DNA from: Dehalococcoidia bacterium
GTDB taxonomy: Bacteria > Chloroflexota > Dehalococcoidia > UBA6926
DNA: 64,000 bases
NCBI GenBank assembly: GCA_009841045.1
Contig: VXMO01000056.1
Coordinates: 206-64,205 of the forward strand
Direction of reading: 5' to 3'
In this document: positions 50,853 through 59,871 of the stretch, piece after piece
Numbering within the stretch: the first letter of the stretch is position 1
Layout: each line of letters begins with the position of its first letter
Made by a program: the position numbers and the translations under genes
Notes under the pieces: model-generated
What the model saw: only the letters and a program-made list of their open reading frames with translations
Databases searched by the model: none
Told to the model about the DNA's origin: nothing

Positions 50853-52172
50853 ATGAGAGGAATTGACGCCCTTCCAGTTTTCCCCGCGTCCGCGAAAGCG
50901 CGCCCCAACGGTCATCTTGAAATCGGCGGCCTTGATGCGGTTGAACTTGCCCGCGCGCAAGGCACGCCGCTGTACGTTTTTGACGAAGAGGAACTGCGTG
51001 ATTCAGCGCGCCGCTTTCGTTCAGCGCTGGATGTCCACTACCCTGGTGAAAGCTCCATCATCTATGCCTCCAAAGCGTTTTCGAATGTCGCGCTTTTTCG
51101 CCTGCTCGCAGAGGAGGGAGTCGGGTTCGACGTTGTGAGCGGTGGTGAACTGGCCACGACGCAGGCGGCGGGAGTCGATCCTGCCAATGTCCATTTCCAC
51201 GGCAACAACAAGAGCGAAGAAGAACTCCAACGAGCCGTCGAGTCGGGCATTGGGGCAATCGTCGTTGATAACCTCCATGAGCTTGCCCTGCTTGAGTCCA
51301 TACTTGAACGTTTTGGAAAGACACAACAGGTGTCATTCCGTGTCTCCCCCGGCGTCGATCCCCACACACATGCTCATACAACCACCGGTGTGCTCGACAG
51401 CAAGTTCGGTCTTGCCATCCAGACAGGACAAGCAGAAGAGGCTATCGCACGGGCTATGCAGTCGCCGCGCCTGGACGTTGCCGGCCTCCATTTCCACCTC
51501 GGCTCGCCCATCTTTGAGCTTGAGCCGTATGAGGAAGCCATTCAGATCACGATGGAATTCGCGGCGCAGATGAGGGACAAGTACGGCTTCTCACTGCGCA
51601 TGTTCAGCCCGGGTGGCGGCTTTGCCGTCAACTACCTCACAACGGACGAAGCGCCCGTGCCGGACACCTACATTTCGACCATTTCCAAGGCCATCATCCA
51701 GGGTTGTGATGTGCATGGCCTTGAACTGCCCGCCATCTCCATAGAGCCCGGCCGCTCCATGGTGGGCACGGCGGGCGTCGCGCTCTATACCGTTGGCGCG
51801 ACCAAGCTCCTGCCGGACATCCGCACCTACGTCTCCGTCGACGGCGGCATGGGCGACAATATCCGCCCCGCCATCTACGGCTCGCAGTATGAGGCCGTGT
51901 TGGCCTCACGCATGGCGGACACCGAGGAGATCACCGTAACGATTGCCGGGAAATACTGCGAATCAGGCGATATCCTCGTCCGCGATTGCTCCTTGCCAAC
52001 GCCCGCCGCCGGCGATATCCTGGCCATTCCCGTATCCGGCGCATACTGTATCGCAATGTCATCCACGTACAACGCCAATCCCCGCCCGGAGGTGGTTCTG
52101 GTCTCCAACGGTGAAGTCCGTACCATCCGCCGCCGTGAAACCTTTGAAGACCTCATGCGCCTCGATGTTTAA
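50853..52172 (+). CDS. lysA: Diaminopimelate decarboxylase
   Basis: Fold-III PLP decarboxylase: YASKAF (PLP Lys), GGGF, EPGRSMVG and CESGD motifs. Confidence 0.93.
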   Translation: MRGIDALPVFPASAKARPNGHLEIGGLDAVELARAQGTPLYVFDEEELRDSARRFRSALDVHYPGESSIIYASKAFSNVALFRLLAEEGVGFDVVSGGELATTQAAGVDPANVHFHGNNKSEEELQRAVESGIGAIVVDNLHELALLESILERFGKTQQVSFRVSPGVDPHTHAHTTTGVLDSKFGLAIQTGQAEEAIARAMQSPRLDVAGLHFHLGSPIFELEPYEEAIQITMEFAAQMRDKYGFSLRMFSPGGGFAVNYLTTDEAPVPDTYISTISKAIIQGCDVHGLELPAISIEPGRSMVGTAGVALYTVGATKLLPDIRTYVSVDGGMGDNIRPAIYGSQYEAVLASRMADTEEITVTIAGKYCESGDILVRDCSLPTPAAGDILAIPVSGAYCIAMSSTYNANPRPEVVLVSNGEVRTIRRRETFEDLMRLDV

Positions 52173-52175
52173 TTC

Positions 52176-53153
52176 GTGATGCCTTGGAGCACGCCTGCCG
52201 ACCAAGACGCCGTTGGCCTTCTCGACCGAAGCATCCAGCAGGGTAGGCTTGCTCATGCGTGGCTGCTGACCGGCCCCGCCGGCGTTGGGGGACTGGCGCT
52301 TGCCCGTGAATTCGCAAAGGCGCTTCTGTGTGATGCGGAGCAGGGCGGGCCGTGCGATGAATGCCGCCAGTGCCAGCGTGTCACAAGCGGCCACCACGCG
52401 GACGTCTTGATCATCTCGCCGACCGACCAAGGCTCTATCGGCATCGAGGCCGCGCGTGATCTTCAGGCTGCCGCCAACCTGCAGCCATACGAGGCGTCCA
52501 GACGTGTCATCATCATCGATGATGCGGACACGCTCACTCGTGAGGCGGCGAACGCTCTGCTCAAGGTCCTGGAAGAGCCGCACCCAAACGTCACCCTCAT
52601 CCTTGTAACTGCCAACGACGAGGCAATTCTCGACACGATCCGCTCCCGCTGCCAGATTGTTCCGCTCCGCCCGATTCCGTTTGACCAGGTCGCGGACGCG
52701 CTGCGCGACAACGGCGCTGACGACGAGAGTGCCAGCCGCCTTGCCAAACTCTCCGGTGGACGCCTTGAATACGCGCTCAGCCTACTGGGTGATACCACGC
52801 CGTTAGATGCCCGTCGTACAGCCCTCGTTGACATCCTTGCCGCTCGCGGCGAGCCTGTTGCCGACCGCCTCCGCCGAGCGGGCAGAATGGCCGAGGATTT
52901 CTACGCAGACCGCCAGCGCCTGCTTGCTCGACTCGAAGCGTGGGCGTCGATATGGCGGGATGCGCTTGTGGTGGCCGGGGGGGCGCCGGAGGACATAACG
53001 GATTCCGAGGACTTGGAGCGCGTGCAGGAGATCGGAGTCAGCCTGGGAGAGGCACAATCGGCCCTAACTGAAACCCTCTTTACAATGCAGGCCCTGCGCC
53101 AGAATGCCAACGCCCGACTCGCCCTGGAATCCTACCTGCTGTCACTACCCTAG
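52176..53153 (+). CDS. holB: DNA polymerase III delta-prime subunit
   Basis: HAWLLTGPAGVGG, Cys cluster CDECRQCQ, IIIDDAD, TIRSRCQ. Confidence 0.88.
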   Translation: MMPWSTPADQDAVGLLDRSIQQGRLAHAWLLTGPAGVGGLALAREFAKALLCDAEQGGPCDECRQCQRVTSGHHADVLIISPTDQGSIGIEAARDLQAAANLQPYEASRRVIIIDDADTLTREAANALLKVLEEPHPNVTLILVTANDEAILDTIRSRCQIVPLRPIPFDQVADALRDNGADDESASRLAKLSGGRLEYALSLLGDTTPLDARRTALVDILAARGEPVADRLRRAGRMAEDFYADRQRLLARLEAWASIWRDALVVAGGAPEDITDSEDLERVQEIGVSLGEAQSALTETLFTMQALRQNANARLALESYLLSLP

Positions 53154-53203
53154 GAACTCCCCGCTCCGTTCCCTACTTGACCTAACTGTGGTAGAATAAA
53201 CGA

Positions 53204-53321
53204 CGGTGTGTTCGCGCGCGGGACGGCAGTAACTATGTGAACTGTACCTCACTGCTTTCCCCGCGCTGCGCTGCCCCCTCTCATTCGAGGCCGAGCGAAT
53301 GTCAGGGGGTAGCGTCTTTTT
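53204..53321 (+). ncRNA. Candidate ~115-nt small RNA or structured holB 3' UTR
   Basis: Extended -10-like TGgTAGAAT at 53189-53197. Two hairpins: GCGCGGGaCGGCAGU...ACUGCuuuCCCCGCGC, and CCCCCUcuCAUUCG-loop-CGAAUGucAGGGGG followed by ...CUUUUU. No plausible ORF. Confidence 0.25.
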
Positions 53322-53326
53322 GGGGC

Positions 53327-54544
53327 CTATGTCCGATCCAGTTCGATACCCAGTGCGTCCGTTACGGTGGCGAGGTCCTTATCACCGCGCCCGCTCAGGT
53401 TCATCAGGATTATGTCGTCCGGTGACAACGTGGCGGCCAGGCGAGCGGCTTCAAATATCGCGTGCGACGACTCCAGCGCCGGGATGATTCCCTCGGTCCG
53501 CGCCAGCAGCTTGAATCCTTCAAGAGCTTCCGCGTCCGTCACGCTCGTGAATCGGGCGCGCTCCGTTTCCTGGTAGTAGGACAACTCCGGACCAACGCCG
53601 GGGTAATCCAGACCGGCGGAGATGCTGTGTGTCTCCGTCACCTGGCCCCAATCGTCCTGTAGCACTTGAGAGAACGACCCGTGCAGCACACCCGGCTTAC
53701 CTGCGCCGAGGCTCGCGCTGTGCTCCCCTGTATCGATGCCATGCCCTGCGGCCTCCACACCGACCATCGCAACATCCGAGTCGCCGTAGAACGCATGGAA
53801 CAGCCCCATCGCGTTGCTCCCGCCGCCCACGCACGCCACGAGATGTGTCGGCAGACGGCCCTCTACTTCCAACATCTGCTCACGCGCCTCCTGTCCGATG
53901 ACGGCCTGGAAATCACGCACGATGACAGGGTAGGGGTGCGGTCCGACGACGCTCCCGATGACGTAATACGTGTTCACAACGTTCGTCACCCAGTCGCGCA
54001 TCGCCTCGTTAACGGCGTCTTTGAGCGTGCGGGACCCCGCCGTAACGGACACCACGTCCGCCCCCAGCAGCCGCATTCGGAACACGTTTGGCGCTTGCCG
54101 GTGGATATCCTCTTCACCCATGTAGACGACGCATTCGAGGCCCAGCAGAGCGCAGACGGTGGCCGTTGCCACGCCGTGCTGCCCCGCGCCCGTCTCCGCG
54201 ATGATTCGCGTCTTGCCCATGCGCTGAGCCAACAGCACCTGTCCGAGAGCATTGTTGATCTTGTGCGCGCCTGTATGAGCCAGGTCTTCCCGCTTGAGAT
54301 AGATGCGCGCTCCGTCGCTCTGCTCGGTCAGCCTCTCGGCCAGCGTCAGCGGTGTTGGGCGGCCGGCATAAGTCCGCGAAAGATGGTCCAGTCGCGATAG
54401 AAACTCGTTGTCCTCACGGGCCGCCGCGTACGACTCCTCCAGCTCCGTGACCGCCGCCATGAGCGTCTCCGGCACATAGCGGCCGCCGAATCTCCCAAAG
54501 CGTCCCGGTGCCTCCGCGTCTGCGCCCGTTTTGACGATGGTCAT
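53327..54544 (-). CDS. trpB: Tryptophan synthase beta chain (TrpB1 type)
   Basis: [23 protein letters not shown] (PLP Lys), GGGSNAMG. Confidence 0.96.
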   Translation of the reverse strand: MTIVKTGADAEAPGRFGRFGGRYVPETLMAAVTELEESYAAAREDNEFLSRLDHLSRTYAGRPTPLTLAERLTEQSDGARIYLKREDLAHTGAHKINNALGQVLLAQRMGKTRIIAETGAGQHGVATATVCALLGLECVVYMGEEDIHRQAPNVFRMRLLGADVVSVTAGSRTLKDAVNEAMRDWVTNVVNTYYVIGSVVGPHPYPVIVRDFQAVIGQEAREQMLEVEGRLPTHLVACVGGGSNAMGLFHAFYGDSDVAMVGVEAAGHGIDTGEHSASLGAGKPGVLHGSFSQVLQDDWGQVTETHSISAGLDYPGVGPELSYYQETERARFTSVTDAEALEGFKLLARTEGIIPALESSHAIFEAARLAATLSPDDIILMNLSGRGDKDLATVTDALGIELDRT

Positions 54545-55236
54545 CGTGTCGTACCGCCACCTGGGCGCGCGCCGACGGCACCGGTGGACGCTCGCCGCGC
54601 CTCATACACGAATCGTCCCACCTTGGAAGGGTCCTTCACGCGATCCGTTTCCACGCCGCTTGAAACGTCCACGCCCCAGGGGCGCACCGCGCGAATCGCC
54701 TCACCGACATTCCCGGGCCCAAGCCCGCCCGCGAGTATGAATGAATATCTCCTCGCGAGCCGCTCGGCCAGTGTGAAATCCAGGCTGATGCCTGCGCCGC
54801 CCGGCTCTCCCTCCACATGAGGCTCAATCAGACTCAATGAGCCGGTGCGCTGCATGAAGTCAGCAACGATTTCCAGCTCGTCCTCAACCTGTTCCGCAGT
54901 CAAGGCAGACGAGATGCGCCGACAGATAATCAGGGGCCTCTCCATCTGCTCCCAGTAGTCCGGTGTCTCCGTTCCGTGCAGCTGAATCATGTCCAGCCCG
55001 ACCTTGTCCGCTGTCGCGTTTACCTCGTCAACGGGCTGGTCGACGAAGACTCCAACGACAGGTGGCACGTGATCCGCCTTACCCCTCAACTCGGCGACAA
55101 TCTCTTTGGCGTAATCCACCGGGATGCGTCGCCACGCGTCGGCAAAGATGATTCCCAGCAGATCCGCCCCCGCGTCGGCGGCATTGACCAGATCGGTCGC
55201 CGACCGGTTGCCGCACATCTTGATAACAAGGCCCAT
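54541..55236 (-). CDS. trpF: Phosphoribosylanthranilate isomerase
   Basis: IKMCGNRS...LLGIIF...QLHG...ILAGGL. ATGA overlap with trpB. Confidence 0.92.
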   Translation of the reverse strand: MGLVIKMCGNRSATDLVNAADAGADLLGIIFADAWRRIPVDYAKEIVAELRGKADHVPPVVGVFVDQPVDEVNATADKVGLDMIQLHGTETPDYWEQMERPLIICRRISSALTAEQVEDELEIVADFMQRTGSLSLIEPHVEGEPGGAGISLDFTLAERLARRYSFILAGGLGPGNVGEAIRAVRPWGVDVSSGVETDRVKDPSKVGRFVYEARRASTGAVGARPGGGTTR

Positions 55237-56204
55237 CAGCTGTTCCGTGACCCGAAATCGCCCGGCGTCCCGGGAAAGCGCGGAGGCCCGAAACCGCCGA
55301 TGCCTGGCATGCCGCCTCCCGGCAAGGGCGGCCCGCTACCAAATTGTGGAATCGTGTCCCGGATTACCTCCGGTGGCACCGATGCCTCCATCCCAGTCAG
55401 GCGGGTAATACGGATCGAACTTAATTCCTGTGTCTTTGCTGCCATGTCATCAGCGGTAATCAGGGATTCCCCGACGAGAATCGCGTCCGCCCCGGCACCT
55501 CTCATGCTCTTCGCATCGTCGATGCTGCTGATGCCGCTTTCCGCCACCACGCGCGTACTGCCGCCGATGCGCGGCGCGAGACCATGCGTCGTGGCGAGAT
55601 CCGTCTCAAACGTGCGGAGGTCGCGGTTGTTGATGCCCACCAGTCGGGGCTTGATGTCTAGCGCGCGATACAGTTCAAGTTCATCGTGCGTTTCAATCAA
55701 CGCCGCCATGCCCAGCTCATTGGCCAGGCCCTGATAGTCCTGCAGTTGCCCGTCGGACAGGCTGATGACGAGCAGCAGGATGGCGTCTGCGCCCCACACC
55801 CGCGCTTCATAGACCATGTACTCGTCGATGACGAAATCCTTGCGCAGGATCGGGGTTCCTGATTCCGCTGTCACCCCGCGCACGGCCTTGAGATCATCCA
55901 GCGACCCCTTGAAGAACGGCCTGTCCGTCAGCACGGAAAGCGCCGAAGCGCCGTTATCGATATAGACGCGGGAAAGCTCCGCGGCGTCGATATCCGGTGC
56001 AAGATCACCCTTGGACGGCGACGCCCGCTTGACTTCCGCGATGAGATGCAGCCGATCCTCCGAGAGCGCAGCGTAGAAATCGCGCGTCTCCTCGGCGTCT
56101 GTGGCTCGCGCCTTGACCTCGTTGAGAGGCTGTGACGACATCCGGTCATCGAGATCCTCCCGCGTCTGCGGCAGGATCTTATCCAGATATGTGCCGGTCG
56201 TCAT
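55236..56204 (-). CDS. trpC: Indole-3-glycerol-phosphate synthase with a ~58-aa Gly/Pro-rich C-terminal tail
   Basis: LIAEVKRASPSKG, LSVLTD, LIETH, GINNRDL, ESGI. 322 aa versus ~260 typical. The stop overlaps the trpF ATG (TGATG). Confidence 0.92.
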   Translation of the reverse strand: MTTGTYLDKILPQTREDLDDRMSSQPLNEVKARATDAEETRDFYAALSEDRLHLIAEVKRASPSKGDLAPDIDAAELSRVYIDNGASALSVLTDRPFFKGSLDDLKAVRGVTAESGTPILRKDFVIDEYMVYEARVWGADAILLLVISLSDGQLQDYQGLANELGMAALIETHDELELYRALDIKPRLVGINNRDLRTFETDLATTHGLAPRIGGSTRVVAESGISSIDDAKSMRGAGADAILVGESLITADDMAAKTQELSSIRITRLTGMEASVPPEVIRDTIPQFGSGPPLPGGGMPGIGGFGPPRFPGTPGDFGSRNS

Positions 56205-56216
56205 TGATGCAATTCC

Positions 56217-56244
56217 TTGACCTGTAGGGAGGCATGTCTATAAT
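56217..56244 (+). promoter_or_regulatory. Strong sigma-70-type promoter pointing antisense into the trpD-trpC gap
   Basis: TTGACC (56217-56222)-16 nt-TATAAT (56239-56244). Confidence 0.65.
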
Positions 56245-56282
56245 GCCACTCATTGCGGCCTGACGCCGCGAGGGAGGCTTCC

Positions 56283-56480
56283 ATGTCCAACTGGGACATG
56301 TTTCACCTGAATACGCCGGACCCGCAGGAGGCGGTGCAGAAGCACCGCGACACGCATCACGGAGAAGGCCGCCACGCGCCCGTCACCCTGGAACGCGCCC
56401 TCGTCTACCTCGCCATCATCGCTGGCATCTCCGCAATACCCGTCATCGTTCTGCTTATGCTGGGCAGCCGCGCCGCCTAA
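56283..56480 (+). CDS. Small (65 aa) His-rich protein with a C-terminal TM helix
   Basis: SD GGGAGG ends 5 nt upstream of the ATG at 56283, about 30 nt downstream of the promoter. MSNWDMFHLNTPDPQEAVQKHRDTHHGEGRH...LVYLAIIAGISAIPVIVLLML. Double stop TAATAG. Confidence 0.5.
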   Translation: MSNWDMFHLNTPDPQEAVQKHRDTHHGEGRHAPVTLERALVYLAIIAGISAIPVIVLLMLGSRAA

Positions 56481-56511
56481 TAGCTGTCTCATCAGATAGA
56501 CACTGCTTACC

Positions 56512-56661
56512 ATGTTTGACCAGGAACTACGGGAGGGCGAGCGCCGCAAAGAGGACGAGAGCTTCAAGAAGTTCGCCGGACGGCGGCTGCTGGTGGCGCT
56601 GATTGCCTTGGTCGGCGTTGCATTTGTTGCTTTCATGCTTATAACGGTTCTGGGGAATTGA
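56512..56661 (+). CDS. Small (49 aa) ORF with a charged N-terminus and one TM helix; resembles the N-terminus of an OppB/DppB-type permease (possible gene remnant)
   Basis: MFDQELREGERRKEDESFKKFAGRRLLVALIALVGVAFVAFMLITVLGN. No clear SD. Confidence 0.3.
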   Translation: MFDQELREGERRKEDESFKKFAGRRLLVALIALVGVAFVAFMLITVLGN

Positions 56662-56726
56662 TGAAATCTGCGGAGATTGGGCGGACATCTACCTGGGAAA
56701 ACTGAAATAAAAGGCGGTACAACGAA

Positions 56727-56900
56727 ATGATTGAGATGAGGCCAAGAGAGTTACCCCCATATTCGCCAGGAATGGGTGCGCGACGGTTCGCTCTGCGAAG
56801 GCTGATTATTGCGGTCATCACAGCATGGGCACTTGCGACAACAACCTTCTTTATGTTCAACGTTCTTGCAGATCGTGATGCAGTCTTCCGTATAGTGTAG
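56727..56900 (+). CDS. Small (57 aa) ORF, paralogous in pattern to the previous one (FALRRLIIAV... plus TM); possible permease N-terminal remnant
   Basis: MIEMRPRELPPYSPGMGARRFALRRLIIAVITAWALATTTFFMFNVLADRDAVFRIV. Low-GC segment. The stop lies 2 nt from the convergent trpD stop. Confidence 0.3.
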   Translation: MIEMRPRELPPYSPGMGARRFALRRLIIAVITAWALATTTFFMFNVLADRDAVFRIV

Positions 56901-56902
56901 GC

Positions 56903-57922
56903 TTACGAATCCTTGTTGCTCGCCGCCACCAGCTTCTCCAGCCGGTTTCGTGCCGCGCCTGAGTCGATAGACTCCCGCGCCGACTCCAGCCCCTCCGACA
57001 GATCGTCTGCTGCCTCTCCGGCCACCAGCGCGGCAGCTGCGTTGATCAAGACGATGTCCCGATAGGGCCCCGGCTCCCCATTCAGCACATTCGTGAAGAT
57101 GCGGTGACTCGACTCCACGTCTTCGCTGCGTATCTGATCAACACCGGCATGAGCCAGTCCGAACTGCTCCGGCGCGATCTCTTGCACCGTCACTGAGCCG
57201 TCGCGGTACTCCGCCATGATCGACGGCCCGCTCAGCGCAATCTCATCCAGTCCGTCCGCGCCGTGCACCACGATGGCCCGCTTTGCGCCCAATTCTCCCA
57301 GCACCCGTGCAATCGTCTCCACGAGTTCCGGTCGCGGCACGCCGACGAGCTGATGGCCTGCGTGCGCTGGATTGGTGAGCGGCCCAAGTATGTTGAACAC
57401 CGTCCGCACGCCGATCTCCCGACGCGGCCCTGCTGCGTGACGCATTGCGGGGTGATACTTCGGCGCGAACATGAAGCCGATGCCCGCGCTGTCGATGCAG
57501 TGCGCCACCTGCTCCGGCTCAAGTTCAATGGTCACTCCCGCCGCCTCAAGGACATCTGCAGAGCCGCACGCGGACGAAGCGGCGCGGTTGCCGTGCTTGG
57601 CAACGCGCAGCCCCGCGCCTGCAGCCACCAGCGCAGCCGTCGTTGAGATATTGAACGTGTGGGATGCGTCTCCGCCGGTCCCGCATGTGTCGAGCAGTGA
57701 GTCGGGATCGTCAACTTCCACACGCAACGCCCGCGCTCGCATCACCCGCGCGAGTCCGGCAATCTCGTCGACGCCCTCACCCTTGGTGCGCAGCGCCATG
57801 AGAAACGCGCCCAACTGCGCGGGCGTAGCCTCGCCGTCCATGATTTCCGTCATCACCTGCTCGGCCTCCGCCTGCGAGATGCTGCGGCCCTCAATCAGGT
57901 GTGCGATTGCCTCACGAATCAT
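56903..57922 (-). CDS. trpD: Anthranilate phosphoribosyltransferase
   Basis: DTCGTGGD, KHGNRAASS and GPLTNP motifs. Confidence 0.95.
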   Translation of the reverse strand: MIREAIAHLIEGRSISQAEAEQVMTEIMDGEATPAQLGAFLMALRTKGEGVDEIAGLARVMRARALRVEVDDPDSLLDTCGTGGDASHTFNISTTAALVAAGAGLRVAKHGNRAASSACGSADVLEAAGVTIELEPEQVAHCIDSAGIGFMFAPKYHPAMRHAAGPRREIGVRTVFNILGPLTNPAHAGHQLVGVPRPELVETIARVLGELGAKRAIVVHGADGLDEIALSGPSIMAEYRDGSVTVQEIAPEQFGLAHAGVDQIRSEDVESSHRIFTNVLNGEPGPYRDIVLINAAAALVAGEAADDLSEGLESARESIDSGAARNRLEKLVAASNKDS

Positions 57923-57995
57923 TGCCTATGCTCCGTATCTTGTCTGTGTTAATGCCTATGCGACCACATGATACGTGTTGCCTCACAGAGGCCAA

Positions 57996-59291
57996 CTAAT
58001 CGGAGGCGGCGTATTGCCGCTGCCCCTCCCATCGTGTGACTGCGGAGACAAAAGCCGCGGTCAGGACGAGAGTGGCGCAGAAATAGAACGTTGCCTGCAG
58101 GGAATAGGTGTCTGCGATTACTCCGGCCGCCAACGGGCCGAGGAATCCGACAAGTGTCGCGACTCCGAAGACGAGTGAGACCGTCGTTGACTGGACATCC
58201 GCCGGTGCGAGATCAGAGGCGGAGGCGAGGAAAATGGCCATCATCGGATAGAAAAACAGGCCGGCGGCGAGAATTGTCGCCACAAGCTCAATGCCGCCCG
58301 GCACCTCAAAACCGAGCAGTAAATTGGAAGTGCCCGGCACAACGCCGAGCACCAGGTAAAAGACGCCAAGTGAGGCCATCGCGGGAGTGAGCACCGCCTT
58401 GCGTCCCCAGCGGTCGGAGAGGTATCCCATCGCCGGCTGAGATGCCAACCCCGGCAGATTGAGTAATGACAGATACAACCCCACTGTGCCTGGCGACAGC
58501 GACACATCCTCGCGCAGATAGATCGGCAGGAACGTGTACATCGTTGCCTGCGCTCCCGCGAACCCGCCCGTGAAGAGGAGCACCAACAATAACCGTCGAT
58601 TGCTCAACAGGGTACGGAGTCCAACGGCGTAGTCGCCAAAGGATGTCGCTTGGCTGATGTCGGCCGGTACTCGTCGCAGCACAAACCAGATGACAAACCC
58701 AAGAATCAGAGCCGGAACGATAGCCCCCTGAAAGATGAACTGCCATGTAAAGAAGCCCAGCAAAACGCCGGCTACGATTGGGCCTGCAGCCTCCCCGACG
58801 CTTCCACCCGTGCCGTGCAGCGATATGGCGAACCCACGGCGAGACGTGAAGTTTCTTGAGAGTGAACCGATGGCTGCCGGATGCCAAAGCGAGATGGAAA
58901 CCACCATCAGCGACGTGATTATCGTGATCAACCAGAATGATGTCGTGATTCCTGCCAGGAAGTACGCAATGCCAATCCCGGCAATCGATAAGCCAAGGAC
59001 GATTGCGCGCAACTTGGTGAATGTGTCGGCAATGTAACCCGCCGGGAAATTGGCAAGCCCCCCCGCGAAGAATCGCGCAGAGGAGAGGATGCCGATCTGT
59101 GTGTTGGAGAATCCGAGCGCGGTCTTCATCTCCGGCAAGAGCACAGGAAACGCCGCGTTCATCAGGTGCTTGATGCCATGACCGGCGACTGCCGTAATGA
59201 GCAGCGTCTGCCGCTGACCCCGTGTCAGTTCACGCTCGGCTGGTGCCGATGCTGAGGATCCTTCGCCCTGCCGTTGAATATTCTGCGCCAA
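57996..59291 (-). CDS. MFS transporter embedded in the trp operon
   Basis: About 12 predicted TM helices, DRWGRK loop motif. TTG start with GAGGA 7 nt upstream, 13 nt after the trpG stop. Confidence 0.85.
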   Translation of the reverse strand: MAQNIQRQGEGSSASAPAERELTRGQRQTLLITAVAGHGIKHLMNAAFPVLLPEMKTALGFSNTQIGILSSARFFAGGLANFPAGYIADTFTKLRAIVLGLSIAGIGIAYFLAGITTSFWLITIITSLMVVSISLWHPAAIGSLSRNFTSRRGFAISLHGTGGSVGEAAGPIVAGVLLGFFTWQFIFQGAIVPALILGFVIWFVLRRVPADISQATSFGDYAVGLRTLLSNRRLLLVLLFTGGFAGAQATMYTFLPIYLREDVSLSPGTVGLYLSLLNLPGLASQPAMGYLSDRWGRKAVLTPAMASLGVFYLVLGVVPGTSNLLLGFEVPGGIELVATILAAGLFFYPMMAIFLASASDLAPADVQSTTVSLVFGVATLVGFLGPLAAGVIADTYSLQATFYFCATLVLTAAFVSAVTRWEGQRQYAASD

Positions 59292-59304
59292 CGTGTCCTC
59301 GCGC

Positions 59305-59871
59305 CTACATCTTCAGGAAATTGCGTAGCAAATCCTTGCCCACTTCCGTCCGGATGCTTTCCGGATGGAACTGTATGCCCACGATGGGATACTCGCGGTG
59401 CCTCACGCCCATCACCACGCCATTGTCCGTCCGCGCCGTCACCTCAAGCTCTGCGGGCACAGTGTCCGGCAGGATGGCGAGCGAGTGATAGCGGATTGCC
59501 TCGAACGGATTCGGCAGCCCCTCGTAAACACCCTTGCCGTCATGGTAAATCATGCTGGATTTGCCGTGCATGATTTCTCCGGCTCCGGCCACCGTTCCCC
59601 CAAAGACCTCTCCGATGCATTGATGGCCGAGGCACACGCCTAATACCGGCGTCCCCTGTTCGCCGAAATACCGCGCCACGTCCTTGGAAATGCCTGCGTT
59701 GGCGGGATTGGACGGGCCCGGTGAGATGACCACCTTCTCCGGTTGCATCTCCGCGATGTTCTCCACTGTCGTCTTGTCGTTCCGATCAACAACGACATCC
59801 TCGCCAAGCTCGGACAAGTATTGGTACAAGTTGTAGGTAAAGCTGTCGTAGTTGTCGAGCAGAAAGATCAT
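59305..59871 (-). CDS. trpG: Anthranilate synthase component II (glutamine amidotransferase)
   Basis: LLDNYDSFTYNL, GVCLGHQ (catalytic Cys), FHPES. ATGA overlap with trpE. Confidence 0.95.
   Translation of the reverse strand: MIFLLDNYDSFTYNLYQYLSELGEDVVVDRNDKTTVENIAEMQPEKVVISPGPSNPANAGISKDVARYFGEQGTPVLGVCLGHQCIGEVFGGTVAGAGEIMHGKSSMIYHDGKGVYEGLPNPFEAIRYHSLAILPDTVPAELEVTARTDNGVVMGVRHREYPIVGIQFHPESIRTEVGKDLLRNFLKM

Noticed and set aside
53666-55734. 244-aa and 252-aa plus-strand ORFs (53666..54400 and 54976..55734)
   Set aside because: They are antisense to trpB and to trpF/trpC respectively, with no recognisable domains.
56250-56636. 128-aa minus-strand ORF in the trpD-trpC gap
   Set aside because: The sequence is Ser/Arg-rich and low-complexity, with no SD. 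The opposite strand has a strong promoter, an SD and plausible TM-containing small ORFs.
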